Shown: piece after piece, positions 19,505 to 29,752 of the stretch
How the letters are laid out: every line of letters starts with the position of its first letter
Numbering within the stretch: the stretch's first letter is position 1
NCBI GenBank assembly: GCA_958295855.1
Contig: OY282383.1
Span: forward strand, 183,178-247,177
Length of the DNA: 64,000 bases
Source: an uncultured Poribacteria bacterium
Lineage (GTDB): Bacteria > Poribacteria > WGA-4E > WGA-3G
Reading direction: 5' to 3'
Notes under the pieces: model-generated
Told to the model about the DNA's origin: nothing
What the model saw: the letters and a program-made list of their open reading frames with translations, nothing else
Database searches by the model: none
Made by a program: the position numbers and the translations under genes

Positions 19505-21900
19505 GAGAATACCTCCGTAAACACTTCAGTGACGTGTTCAACAAACAGAAACTCAACCCCGGCTTGAATATCTTCGGGGACTTCCACAAAATGTTTTTTG
19601 TTGCCTTGCGGCACAATGACTTTCTTGATACCAGCCTGTTTGGCAGCAAGAATCTTTTCCTTCACACCGCCAATAGGTAACACCCGGCCTCTGAGGGTTA
19701 GCTCACCTGTCATAGCGATTTCCGGGCTAATCCGTTTATGTGTTGCGATAGAAGCGAGGGCAGTTGCAATGGTAATGCCTGCTGAGGGCCCGTCTTTCGG
19801 AATTGCACCCGCAGGGACATGGATATGAATGTCGCTCTCCAACACATCGGGATCGAATTTGAGCGCGCTTGCCTGGGATTTGACATAACTGAGCGCAGTC
19901 TGTGCGGATTCCTGCATGACATTGCCGATCTGCCCGGTGACTTGAAGCCGCGTCCGGATATCTGTTCTCTTCGTAGCGGTTGCCTCAACGAAAAGGATTT
20001 CACCCCCCGCCGGTGTGACAGATATCCCCGTTGCGACACCGATGTCGGCTTTGCGCCCTGCGATTTCGGAATGGAATTTGACAGGGCCCAAATAAGTCGG
20101 AATGTTTTTCGCCTCAATGGCTGTCGCGTCGGTGTGCCCTTCGGCAACGCGCCGCGCCACTTTTCGGCAAATCGTTCCCAACTCGCGTTCCAAATTCCGG
20201 ACACCTGCTTCACGGGTATACTCCGTAATCACCCGGTCAACCGCTGCATCTTCAATGGCAATCTGTTCTGTTGTAAGGCCGTTTGCTGACAACTGCCGCG
20301 GGATAAGATACTGTTTCGCGATAATCTGTTTCTCGTTGGCGGTGTAACCGGGGAGTTCTATCGTCTCCATACGGTCGCGCAATGGCGGCGGAATCGTGTC
20401 AAGCTGATTCGCTGTCGTGATAAACATCACCTTCGCGAGATCGAAAGGGACATCAATGTAGTTATCCGTGAACGAGTGGTTCTGCTCCGGATCAAGGACT
20501 TCTAACAATGCAGATGCCGGGTCTCCGCGAAAATCTGTGCCGAGTTTGTCAATCTCATCAAGCATAAAAACGGGATTGTTCGATTCGGCTTGTCGTAACC
20601 CTTTAATAATTTGCCCCGGCATGGAGCCGATGTACGTCCGTCGGTGCCCGCGGATTTCTGCTTCATCGTGCATGCCGCCTAATGAGATGCGGACAAATTT
20701 TCTATCTATGGCACGCGCAATGGATTTCCCAAGCGAGGTCTTCCCAACGCCGGGCGGCCCGACAAAGCAGAAGATTGGCCCTTTCATATCCGCTTTAAGC
20801 ATACGCACTGCTAAATGCTCCAAAATTCGCTCTTTTATCTTTATCAAGTCGTAATGGTCTGCATCAAGCACTTCTTGCGCCACGGTGAGGTCCAAAGCAT
20901 CCTCAGTACTCACACACCAAGGGAGGTTCATCAGCCAATCCAGGTAAGTTCGGGACACAGTGGATTCCGGGGAGAAAGACTGCATTCTAGAGAGGCGTTT
21001 GAGTTCTTTTTCCGCAGTCTGCTTCGCTTTATCAGGCATCTCCACCTTTTGTAGCTGTTCCCGCAGTTCCTCAATTTCCAGCGTGATGTCTTCTGCTTCG
21101 CCGAGTTCCGTTTGAATGGCTTTGAGTTGCTCGCGTAGAAAGTATTCGCGTTGCCCTTTGTTAATAACAGCTTGGGCATTGTTTTGGATGCGACTCTCCA
21201 ATTCGTGGAGGTCGAGTTCCTTTGCGAGGATAATGGCGAGTGTATTCAACCGTTTTTGGATAGACACAGTTTCTAAAATTAACTGTTTATCGCTCGGCTT
21301 TAGATGCAAAACGGCGGCGATGTAGTCGGCTTGTCGGCCCGGTTCATCAATGTTTCTCGTTAAGCCGGCGTATTCCTCTTGGTAGCGCGATGACATCTGA
21401 ACAATTCGCTGAAACATTTCATCGTTGCTACGCACAAGTGCTTCCAGTTCCAAATCCAATCCTACGTCCTGTCTGCCCTTTCCAAGGAGATGGAGTTCGC
21501 GCTCATCGCTATCGATGACCTTTACACGAGCCTTAATAAAAGGTTCGGTGTGCAAAATTTCCTCAATTTCTACCCGTTCCCTGCCATGCGCGAGGAATAA
21601 CACGTCTTCATCATCTTTTTTGCAGCGCAGGATATGAACCAAGCTCCCGACTGGGCTGAAATCATCCTGCGTAATGTCTTTGATACTCTCAGCCGCACTA
21701 TCCATTTTGGGTCGAAAGATACAGAGTCCTCTTTCACCATCCATCGCCTCATTGACGGCAGCAATCGCCATCTTTCCAGAGAGTGCAACATGGTGCGGTG
21801 GAAATGGTGGTACCGGCGGCATATATGGAAAAACGACGACATCATCCAACGGGAGGACCGGGAGTTCTTGTGTCAGTTCATCTTCTGTGTTTTCATTCAT
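19501..21900 (-). CDS. lon: ATP-dependent protease Lon (La)
   Basis: 799 aa. Lon N-domain, AAA+ Walker A (GPPGVGKTS), and C-terminal Ser-Lys protease domain (PKDGPSAG). Confidence 0.9.
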   Translation of the reverse strand: MNENTEDELTQELPVLPLDDVVVFPYMPPVPPFPPHHVALSGKMAIAAVNEAMDGERGLCIFRPKMDSAAESIKDITQDDFSPVGSLVHILRCKKDDEDVLFLAHGRERVEIEEILHTEPFIKARVKVIDSDERELHLLGKGRQDVGLDLELEALVRSNDEMFQRIVQMSSRYQEEYAGLTRNIDEPGRQADYIAAVLHLKPSDKQLILETVSIQKRLNTLAIILAKELDLHELESRIQNNAQAVINKGQREYFLREQLKAIQTELGEAEDITLEIEELREQLQKVEMPDKAKQTAEKELKRLSRMQSFSPESTVSRTYLDWLMNLPWCVSTEDALDLTVAQEVLDADHYDLIKIKERILEHLAVRMLKADMKGPIFCFVGPPGVGKTSLGKSIARAIDRKFVRISLGGMHDEAEIRGHRRTYIGSMPGQIIKGLRQAESNNPVFMLDEIDKLGTDFRGDPASALLEVLDPEQNHSFTDNYIDVPFDLAKVMFITTANQLDTIPPPLRDRMETIELPGYTANEKQIIAKQYLIPRQLSANGLTTEQIAIEDAAVDRVITEYTREAGVRNLERELGTICRKVARRVAEGHTDATAIEAKNIPTYLGPVKFHSEIAGRKADIGVATGISVTPAGGEILFVEATATKRTDIRTRLQVTGQIGNVMQESAQTALSYVKSQASALKFDPDVLESDIHIHVPAGAIPKDGPSAGITIATALASIATHKRISPEIAMTGELTLRGRVLPIGGVKEKILAAKQAGIKKVIVPQGNKKHFVEVPEDIQAGVEFLFVEHVTEVFTEVFS

Positions 21901-22049
21901 TTTACTTACTCCTTTGGGAGGAAACAGGGCTCCTCCCCTACGTGTTCAACGGGGTGATGAGGAGAACTAGAACACACATCAAAGATGCGTGTTGCATTCC
22001 GCTCGGGGTTACAAACTCCGCCTACCTCTTCCCGCCCGCCCTTTCCTTA

Positions 22050-23978
22050 TCAGGGCCAGAATTGATAGAGTGTCGTGTTCGCCAGGATGCTACTAATGCT
22101 CCACAGACTTCCGCATAAATAGTCACCCAGCGCGAGCCCTAAAAACAGCGGCACAGCCTGCCTGTAAGCTTTGAGGCCGCCTTGGTGCAACACAAGTGCC
22201 TTGGCTATCCACGCTACAAACAGACAACTCCAGAGATTGGACATCCCCCAGCTGTTCGCCATGGCATATCCAAGGGGGTGCAAGGGCCACCATAAAAACC
22301 GGGTTCGCAGAAACATCAGCCCCATTGCGACAGCACTTCCGCCGCCGATAAAGGCAAGCGCAGGGACATCGGTTTCTTGCGGATAATTCAACCAATTTTC
22401 GAGCTGCCGGTAAACGCCCCTGCCAAATCCTAATGCCCAAGGGCCATAATAGCCTGTTTCGGCACCATGCCGGTAATAACTATCTAACAGCAACCAGAAG
22501 ACGACGACCGCCCCCACTACCGTTGCGATTAAAATGGCGGCTGCTGTGTGGCGCGGGTTTATTTGCCGGCGCTCTGAAATTTTTAACGCTTCCAGTTCCT
22601 GCGGCATAGGATGCGCGCGATATGCCCGGTTAAAAAACATGTACAGTGAAAACACCGCTTTCGTACGAGTGTTCAGACGCTGAGAGCCAAACGCTGTCAC
22701 TATAAGCCCGTGCGGGTCGACTCGGTGTAAATCATGCACCAAAAATCCCAATTCTGCGCGAAACCGAGCAATCATCGTAGCCAGCAGGAAGTAAATGCCG
22801 AAAAAGAAGGGAATCACCCACAACGACATTCCTGCCTTATACGAGAACAATGTCAAAAACAGCAGGCCACCCACAATACCGAGAAAGGCAATGTGATAAG
22901 GCATCGGTTCGCGCTGCATCTCCGGTTGAGGTCTTCCGCGGAATCCATCTGAGATACCCGCAAAAATCTGTCGGACATGTGTTCTGCCGACCCAGGCAGC
23001 AGTGCCGAGGAGTACCATATACGCGCCGAAGCTTTGCGCGTCCGCATAAGGAAACCCCGGTAGATTCCGCATGCCGAAAACACTACCTGCCATGAGTTCC
23101 AGTTTGTACAGCCAATAGAATGCCCAACATGAGAAGAGCAGATCGAGCGGGATAAGAAAACTAATCCCAATCGCAAACGGATAAAACGAGAGGCGCACGC
23201 CACCCATCGCGTTCCAGGGCCGTCCCGTAAAATACTGATGAATATTTTGCCGTTTGACGGGTAGGTAAGGCACCGCCGGATAAATGGAGTTAAGCAAATT
23301 CAGGAGGCTAATCCCTGCGGCAATGCCGAAACCCAACCACATCAACTTGTTTCTGAAAAAGTCTGTACGTGCCCCAGTCATCGCGAGCGGCAGCTGAATA
23401 ATCGGATATGTAAGCCGTTCACGCTCGGTCCATTGGACCCTGAGCAATGTGTTGATGCACAACATAACAAACATCAACACGAGAATAAAAGCAGTCCACC
23501 AGATGACAGGCACTGCCCATGCCATTAAATGGGCTTTTCGGTAAAGGCTTGATTGCCCCTCATAGTAGCCCGACAAGACACCCGAATCTTGAACTGTCAG
23601 CCATGTCGGGAGTTCTTTCCAAAAAAGTTGTTGCCATTCGTTCTCCGAGGTTGCAAACCGAAACGGATGTCCAAGTATCGTGACTAAAATCTCCATCATA
23701 TCGTGCGAACACAATGAGGAGACAATGCACAACATCACATAGATTGTGAGCAACTCCGCGGGCGTAAGGCTCAGCTTCGTCGACATTTTGCGCAACACCG
23801 CACTCAGCACCATCAGCCAAAAGATGATGAAAATGACATTGGACAGCGGATGGATAAGCGTGGGATGTGTATAGCGGACTACCTCTAATTGGATAATCCA
23901 GAAAACGTTCACCGGAATCAGAATCAGCGCAATGACATAAGCTTTAGGCGTGAGGCCGGGTTCAAAATTGTTTGTCAT
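22050..23978 (-). CDS. Large polytopic integral membrane protein of unknown function (more than 12 predicted TM segments)
   Basis: 642-aa highly hydrophobic ORF. Confidence 0.4.
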   Translation of the reverse strand: MTNNFEPGLTPKAYVIALILIPVNVFWIIQLEVVRYTHPTLIHPLSNVIFIIFWLMVLSAVLRKMSTKLSLTPAELLTIYVMLCIVSSLCSHDMMEILVTILGHPFRFATSENEWQQLFWKELPTWLTVQDSGVLSGYYEGQSSLYRKAHLMAWAVPVIWWTAFILVLMFVMLCINTLLRVQWTERERLTYPIIQLPLAMTGARTDFFRNKLMWLGFGIAAGISLLNLLNSIYPAVPYLPVKRQNIHQYFTGRPWNAMGGVRLSFYPFAIGISFLIPLDLLFSCWAFYWLYKLELMAGSVFGMRNLPGFPYADAQSFGAYMVLLGTAAWVGRTHVRQIFAGISDGFRGRPQPEMQREPMPYHIAFLGIVGGLLFLTLFSYKAGMSLWVIPFFFGIYFLLATMIARFRAELGFLVHDLHRVDPHGLIVTAFGSQRLNTRTKAVFSLYMFFNRAYRAHPMPQELEALKISERRQINPRHTAAAILIATVVGAVVVFWLLLDSYYRHGAETGYYGPWALGFGRGVYRQLENWLNYPQETDVPALAFIGGGSAVAMGLMFLRTRFLWWPLHPLGYAMANSWGMSNLWSCLFVAWIAKALVLHQGGLKAYRQAVPLFLGLALGDYLCGSLWSISSILANTTLYQFWP

Positions 23979-24028
23979 ATTTCGTAACTTGGCTTCCCGC
24001 CCGCCTTTCCCGCAACTATACGAAAAGA

Positions 24029-25354
24029 TCAGATTGTCCCTTTAATCCACCCGCGTTCTGCTTCAATCAACACCTCCGTTTTGAGTTTTGCGCACCGTTT
24101 CTTATAGTCTAGCAAAGCCTCTGTCGCCGCCTCTCCTGTGAGAACGCTCGGCTGATGTACAGTGTAGCTTGCAGCTTTGCCATCTTGCGCCGAGGCGTTA
24201 GGGGCATCTGTCAAGATCGGAATCAACTCAATTGATGTCAGAATTCTGTCCTCAAACGTTACCTTGGGCATGACTATGCGCGAATGCTGTTTATGATATG
24301 TATCATAGATGAAATCGGCGAGGCTGTAAACTATCGGTTTGCCCTGATACAGTTCAATGCCGCCAAGGGTATGAAGTTGTTGACACAACACCAGATCTGC
24401 GCCTGCATCAATCAATGCGTGTGCAAAAATCCGTTGTCGCCCGATTGATTCCTCTAATTGCGTTGGCGCGTGGTTTCCAGGTGCATCCTTGCCCCAGTGT
24501 AGCCAGACAATCACCAATTCTGCCCTTTGCCGTGCCTGCGTTACTGCATCCACCATTTGGCTATAAACCGCGTAGGCGAGCGGATCTGCTGTGTAGCGCG
24601 CAAATTCATTCACGCGATAATACGCTAACAACGCCACCTCGACAGTGGAAGCAGAATCCGTTCCGACATGGACCGGCACCCACGCAGGAAGCTGTGCAGC
24701 TTCTGCAGTTATACCCGCGCCTATCGGTTTGACGTTATACCATTCCAATTCGGTGATTGTATCTTCTAACGCCTCAAGGCCAAAGTCCATTATGTGCGGG
24801 GTGGCTAAGGATACAGCATCAAACCCTGCATTTGCGAGGGCCCTTGCCAACCCCGGTGCCGCCCGAAAGGGGTGCTCAATGCCGTATCGCGGCTCCCCCC
24901 GCTCCGAGATACTCGTGTTTAGCGAAGCAGTGGCAACATCTGCCGACTGAATCAGGGCAGCAGTTCCCTCAAAAAACACACCGGCCCCCTCACTTTCAAT
25001 GAGCGGTGTCATGCGGCTCCCGATGGTAATATCACCGACAGCAATAACGGAGAGCTCACTTGCCGCAACCGTCAAAATGGTTATGCATAACAAACCGCAC
25101 GTCGCTATAAACACTTGCAAACTGCGCAAGAAACCAAAGATTGGATGACTGGCAGTAGGAGCGATCTCCGAATCGCGATGGAGCCATTTGCTGCGCTTTT
25201 TCCATCCTTTCCGCCTTCCATGCTTCCAGCCAAGTCCTCTGGCAACAGAAGCACACGAACTTGCTTCCCGCCCACCCGTTTCCGATCTTGTATGCGAAAC
25301 GTTTATAAACGAAGAGTTCTCATAGAAAAATGGTAGAATTTGGCTGATTTTCAT
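24029..25354 (-). CDS. CapA/PgsA-family metallophosphoesterase-like protein (poly-gamma-glutamate synthesis family)
   Basis: 441 aa with a CapA-like core (VAVGDITIG..., WLHWGKD..., LVLCQQLH). The N-terminal extension contains the CCCGCCCACCCGTTTCCG repeat. Its ATG overlaps the upstream gene's stop (ATGA). Confidence 0.5.
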   Translation of the reverse strand: MKISQILPFFYENSSFINVSHTRSETGGREASSCASVARGLGWKHGRRKGWKKRSKWLHRDSEIAPTASHPIFGFLRSLQVFIATCGLLCITILTVAASELSVIAVGDITIGSRMTPLIESEGAGVFFEGTAALIQSADVATASLNTSISERGEPRYGIEHPFRAAPGLARALANAGFDAVSLATPHIMDFGLEALEDTITELEWYNVKPIGAGITAEAAQLPAWVPVHVGTDSASTVEVALLAYYRVNEFARYTADPLAYAVYSQMVDAVTQARQRAELVIVWLHWGKDAPGNHAPTQLEESIGRQRIFAHALIDAGADLVLCQQLHTLGGIELYQGKPIVYSLADFIYDTYHKQHSRIVMPKVTFEDRILTSIELIPILTDAPNASAQDGKAASYTVHQPSVLTGEAATEALLDYKKRCAKLKTEVLIEAERGWIKGTI

Positions 25355-25983
25355 TCTTCTGGTGCCTCTAAGACCTCATCCAGGTCGATGTCCGCCTCGA
25401 ATTCATTAAATAGGCTTTCCTCTTTCAATTTCATCCCGAGCGTAATGAGTGCCTCAGATAAGGTTAGCCTATCGACCTTCGCGGTTTCAAGAGTTTCGGT
25501 TTCAGAAGTCAAGTCTGCTCGCAGCGACTCATGGTTCCGGCGTGTCTGTTCTTGAAGGAGCTTCGCCTCGCTACTGAGCCGGTCGATTTGTGCCTGAAAG
25601 TCGCGGGCGAAGTCATTTATTAGCGTTGACAGTTTCTGCAGATCTGCCTCGCCTCGCCCCACGAATCCATCAAGTTGGGTATCCACTCGGATATCGACCA
25701 GGCTTTCGATTTCGTCTGGTAGCTTGCGAATCTCGGCTTTAACGCCCTCGATTTCGTCGGTGAGCCGTCTCTCAATATTAGCAAGTCTTTCGTCAAACTG
25801 CTGTCGCGTGTCTTCCAACTCCTTGCTTAGCGTTCGCAACCGCTTGTTGTAGATACGGATGTACCTTCCGATTACACTTGCTTCCAACTCCTGTTGTCGG
25901 GGTTCTGGTTTATCTCTCTCTGCAATCTCACGCTCGTCGGTGTCGACCGGTGTTTGCATGTGTGTGTCAATCTTTAATGGCAT
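25351..25983 (-). CDS. Hypothetical coiled-coil protein
   Basis: 210 aa, acidic, with heptad-like composition. Confidence 0.4.
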   Translation of the reverse strand: MPLKIDTHMQTPVDTDEREIAERDKPEPRQQELEASVIGRYIRIYNKRLRTLSKELEDTRQQFDERLANIERRLTDEIEGVKAEIRKLPDEIESLVDIRVDTQLDGFVGRGEADLQKLSTLINDFARDFQAQIDRLSSEAKLLQEQTRRNHESLRADLTSETETLETAKVDRLTLSEALITLGMKLKEESLFNEFEADIDLDEVLEAPEE

Positions 25984-26030
25984 CAGTCTCTCCTAAATTT
26001 TTGCAAACGTTGCTATTATTTATCAACAAC

Positions 26031-27116
26031 CTAAGGATAATTGTAGACATTTTCAGACTCTGTGGTGAAGGTATTTACCCCGCTTTGCGGGGCAGATACC
26101 ACCTCATCAGGACTCTGGTTGGCATCCGGTTGTTCGCCCCTCTCACGGTTCGCATTAAATTCGCGCAAAATACAGTTGACAATCTCCTCAGTATACGCTT
26201 GCGCGTCTACATTGTGCTGATTTGCCTCCCAGGCCATCCTCGCTGCTGCCTCGAAGTACTCTGCATGCTTATAGGCATCTAAGATGTCTGTGCCTCGTGA
26301 AAATGTTCCGTGCCCGACCCAATAGAGAATATAGCGCTCTGGGCTGCCGCCATTCTGAAAAAGCCGTAGACTCTCATAAGATAATTCGGGAATACCCGGT
26401 GCCCGCTCTTGCACAAACCCGATGCCGCTAGACGCATCGTATATAATCGGGGTTTCGGGTTCATACCCTCTGAGAAAATTATAAAACAGGTCGGGATGTC
26501 CATGCTCTGTTCGAGAGATTAGGTTCAAGAACTTCGGCTGCAGATGGACAAGTGCATTAAACCCGTGTGGCTCTAGCTGTTCAAAAATGAGCAGGTAGTG
26601 GAACATCTCACTCGTTGGAACGGGTGGTGCAACGCCGTTTGCATGTCGATTCAAAACAGACTGCTCCGGTGTGCCGAAACGCATCCGATAATGCATACCG
26701 TCCGGTTCAACCTCAATGAGCGTTAAATTGAGCGCAGGATGCTCACTCCCAATCATGTCCAAACGCGAACCCGATTTTGTCAGCAGGACGTGTCTCCCGG
26801 CCAGCTCTTTAACGACAATCTGTGGTGGTAATTGGTAACGTGGCGACTCATCATAAGGGATGAGGCATGGGTTCTCAACTGTTTCCGTTAAAACGGCGCC
26901 CATATTGCCAGCAGTTGCCCACAAATATTCGTGAGCGTGTGCATGTGCACCGACCCAGCCCATCTGCCCTATCAAGGTACCACATTCACTGTCAGGTGAA
27001 ATAGGGCGCAGGTCGGGATGATAGCCCCTCTCACGCCAGCGTTCGTAACGATAACTCTGGGGCGGGGGTGCTGTTAACGCATTTATCAAATATGGATTGG
27101 CTAATGTTAAATGCAC
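26031..27116 (-). CDS. Class II aldolase/adducin-like protein (tentative)
   Basis: 361 aa. HAHAHE and GHGTF motifs reminiscent of class II aldolases. The C-terminal tail is encoded by a palindromic element. Confidence 0.35.
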   Translation of the reverse strand: MHLTLANPYLINALTAPPPQSYRYERWRERGYHPDLRPISPDSECGTLIGQMGWVGAHAHAHEYLWATAGNMGAVLTETVENPCLIPYDESPRYQLPPQIVVKELAGRHVLLTKSGSRLDMIGSEHPALNLTLIEVEPDGMHYRMRFGTPEQSVLNRHANGVAPPVPTSEMFHYLLIFEQLEPHGFNALVHLQPKFLNLISRTEHGHPDLFYNFLRGYEPETPIIYDASSGIGFVQERAPGIPELSYESLRLFQNGGSPERYILYWVGHGTFSRGTDILDAYKHAEYFEAAARMAWEANQHNVDAQAYTEEIVNCILREFNANRERGEQPDANQSPDEVVSAPQSGVNTFTTESENVYNYP

Positions 27117-27176
27117 TCGCTGTTCTATTCCTCGCTTAAGATACTCTATATCTTAACTATACCATGTTTACCAGAA

Positions 27177-27790
27177 GATAGCAAGCTTTTCGTCATTCCT
27201 TGCGGAGTAATCAGGTTGCAAGACGCATCGCGCAATGCACTGTAGATCTCGTCGGAGGTTTCTGATGCCTTAATTGTTTGTAGGGGCAGTGCCTTGTGCC
27301 TGCCCTTCCCCTCCGAATCGCAACACTTTTACAAAAAAGTTGAATATTCCGCTGACATGTGGTAAAATTCGTATTTTCGTCATTCCTTGCGGAGAATTCA
27401 GGTCGCAAGACGCATCTGGCAATGCACTGTAGATCTCGTCGGAGGTTTCTGATGCCTTAATTGTTTGTAGGGGCAGTGCCTTGTGCCTGCCCTTCCCCTC
27501 CGAATCGCAACACTCTTACAAAAAAGTCGAATATTCCGCTGACATGTGGTAAAATTCGCCTTTTCGTCATTCCTTGCGGAGTAATCAGGTTGCAAGACGC
27601 ATCTGGCGCTGCACTGTAGCTCTCGTCGGAGGTTTCTGATGCCTTAATTGTTTGTAGGGGCAGTGCCTTGTGCCTGCCCTTCCCCTCCGAATCGCAACAC
27701 TTTTACAAAAAAGTTGAATATTCCGCTGACATGTGGTAAAATTTGCGGCGTAATGGCATTAACCCCCTGCAAAGCAGGGGCAAATACCCT
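27177..27790 (+). repeat. Three tandem copies of a composite unit of about 184 bp, then a palindromic element
   Basis: Tandem periodicity starting at about 27177, 27361 and 27545. Module order: TTTTCGTCATTCCTTGCGGAGTAATCAG; CTGTAGATCTCGTCGGAGGTTTC; GGGCAGTGCCTTGTGCCTGCCC; promoter-like TTGAATATTCCGCTGACATGTGGTAAAAT. Confidence 0.9.
27714..27742 (+). promoter_or_regulatory. Promoter-like element TTGAAT, 17-bp spacer, TGgTAAAAT (extended -10); promoter-proximal copy of three
   Basis: Identical elements at about 27346-27374 and 27530-27558. Oriented toward fumC. Confidence 0.5.
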
Positions 27791-27831
27791 AAAAAAAATT
27801 CCGAAAAATGAAAGGAACAGACAGACATACA

Positions 27832-29217
27832 ATGCGAACTGAAACAGATAGCATGGGCAGCCTCCAGGTCCCAGCCGACCGGTACTGGGGCGCACAGACA
27901 CAACGCGCCCTCCAAAATTTTAGAATCGGCGATGAACGTCTGCCACGCGCGGCGATATGGGCACTCGGCACTGTGAAACAGGCAGTCGCGCACGTGAATG
28001 CGGACCTCGGTTTGCTTGAACCTCGGCTTGCGGATGCAATCAGCACTGCAGCACAGGAGGTTATTGATGGCACATTGGATGACCATTTTCCGCTCCGAAT
28101 TTGGCAGACAGGCAGCGGAACACAGACAAATATGAACGTGAATGAAGTCATTGCAAATCGGGCAATTGAGCAACTGGGTGGCGAAATGGGCAGCAAGCAT
28201 CCCATCCACCCCAACGACCACGTCAATAAGTCTCAATCAACAAACGACGTTTTTCCGACAGCTATCCATTTGGCGCTCTTAAAGCAGATTCGGGAGTTTA
28301 TGTTGCCGCGCCTTAGCGCACTACGAGATGCGTTTGCAGAGAAGGCATCCGCCTTCGAGGAAATTGTTAAGATCGGGCGAACGCATCTGATGGATGCAAC
28401 ACCGCTCACGCTTGGACAGGAGTTCAGCGCCTATACACAACAACTTACTCATGCAGAGACGCGCATAACCGATTCCCTCCCACACCTCTCTGAGCTTCCA
28501 ATTGGCGGCACGGCTGTCGGGACAGGATTAAATACGCATCCAGACTATACGGCGCGCGTGGTGGCGAGGCTGGCGGAGATGACCGGATATCCACTCCAGC
28601 GTGCCTCAAACGCGTTTGAAGCACTTGCATGCAGGGATGCCGTGGTGAGTGCGAGTGGCGCGTTGAAGACGCTGGCGGTTGGCCTGTTTAAGATAGCAAA
28701 CGACATCCGGTGGCTCGCCTCGGGGCCGCGGTGTGGACTGGGTGAGTTGCAGTTGCCTGAGATGGAACCAGGAAGCTCAATTATGCCGGGGAAGGTGAAT
28801 CCAACACAGTGTGAGGCTGTGACAATGGTGTGTGCACAGGTGCTCGGGAACGACACGACGCTGACGTTTGCAGGTGCCAACGGGGCGTTGCAACTGAATG
28901 TGTTTATGCCTGTGATTGCGTATAACGCTTTGCAATCCATACAACTTCTCGGTGACGCGTGCGAATCATTCCGCAAAAACTGTGTGGAAGGCATCGTGCC
29001 GAACAAGGAAGCGATTGGGCAGCACCTCTCGGAATCGCTGATGCTCGTTACGGCGTTAACACCGCATATTGGCTACGATAGGGCAGCAAAGGTAGCACAA
29101 TACGCGCATGAGCAGGGCTGCACGCTCCGCGAAGCTGCTATTGCCCTGGAGGTATTAACGGCAGAGGCGTTTGATGAATTTGTCGTGCCGGGGGACATGA
29201 CGAAGCCGAATCTATAA
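27832..29217 (+). CDS. fumC: Class II fumarate hydratase
   Basis: ORF 27808..29217. Start set at [27 protein letters not shown] by alignment to the canonical FumC N-terminus. [16 protein letters not shown] signature. Confidence 0.9.
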   Translation: MRTETDSMGSLQVPADRYWGAQTQRALQNFRIGDERLPRAAIWALGTVKQAVAHVNADLGLLEPRLADAISTAAQEVIDGTLDDHFPLRIWQTGSGTQTNMNVNEVIANRAIEQLGGEMGSKHPIHPNDHVNKSQSTNDVFPTAIHLALLKQIREFMLPRLSALRDAFAEKASAFEEIVKIGRTHLMDATPLTLGQEFSAYTQQLTHAETRITDSLPHLSELPIGGTAVGTGLNTHPDYTARVVARLAEMTGYPLQRASNAFEALACRDAVVSASGALKTLAVGLFKIANDIRWLASGPRCGLGELQLPEMEPGSSIMPGKVNPTQCEAVTMVCAQVLGNDTTLTFAGANGALQLNVFMPVIAYNALQSIQLLGDACESFRKNCVEGIVPNKEAIGQHLSESLMLVTALTPHIGYDRAAKVAQYAHEQGCTLREAAIALEVLTAEAFDEFVVPGDMTKPNL

Positions 29218-29396
29218 TTGGTTGCAGGCTGTCGACATACTGCCCATCAGCCCCCCGCACCCCGACACAGGCAACAATGAAAAATTTTTTGTCGTGCCGG
29301 GGGACATGACGAAGCCGAATCTATAATTGGTTGCAGGCTGTCGACATACTGCCCATCAGCCCCCCGCACCCCGACACAGGCAACAATGAAAAATTT
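29181..29396 (+). repeat. Tandem duplication of about 108 bp spanning the fumC stop codon
   Basis: The segment 29181-29289 is repeated almost exactly at 29290-29396. The first copy includes the last 12 codons of fumC. Confidence 0.85.
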
Positions 29397-29399
29397 ACT

Positions 29400-29752
29400 G
29401 ATTTTTCATTTAGGGTAATGCCCCGCAAAGCGGGGAATCACCCTGTCACCTGTGTTGCGACGTGCATTCAGATGTAACCTTAGCCCCAGCGGGGCGACAT
29501 GTGTATAGCCGCGCATGCCGACCCTCCTCCTTAGCCCCAGCGGGGCGACAGGTGCTAAGGGTGCATAAGAAACCTCCGACGACATCTACTGTAGCGGCAG
29601 TGCCTTGTGCCTGCCCATCTACATCGTCAGAACACTCCTGCCAATGGTATTTGCCCCTGCTTTGCAGGGGTTTCATACCAAGTTGTGAATGGCCAATGAA
29701 CAACTTTTTTATTTCTTACTTATGCTGATTACTCCGCAAGGAAAGACAAAAA
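29400..29752. repeat. Mosaic of intergenic repeat modules (palindromic element, GCCCCAGCGGGGC hairpin x2, GGCAGTGCCTTGTGCCTGCC, CTCCGCAAGGAAAGACAAAAA)
   Basis: Module families recur across the window. Confidence 0.8.

Noticed and set aside
27211-27595. Two near-identical 65-aa ORFs (27211..27408 and 27398..27595, - strand), and the 167-aa ORF 58590..59093 (- strand)
   Set aside because: They lie entirely within tandem repeat units and simply reflect repeat periodicity (the peptide RNDENLRRDL... is itself repetitive); there is no RBS and no coding compositional signal.
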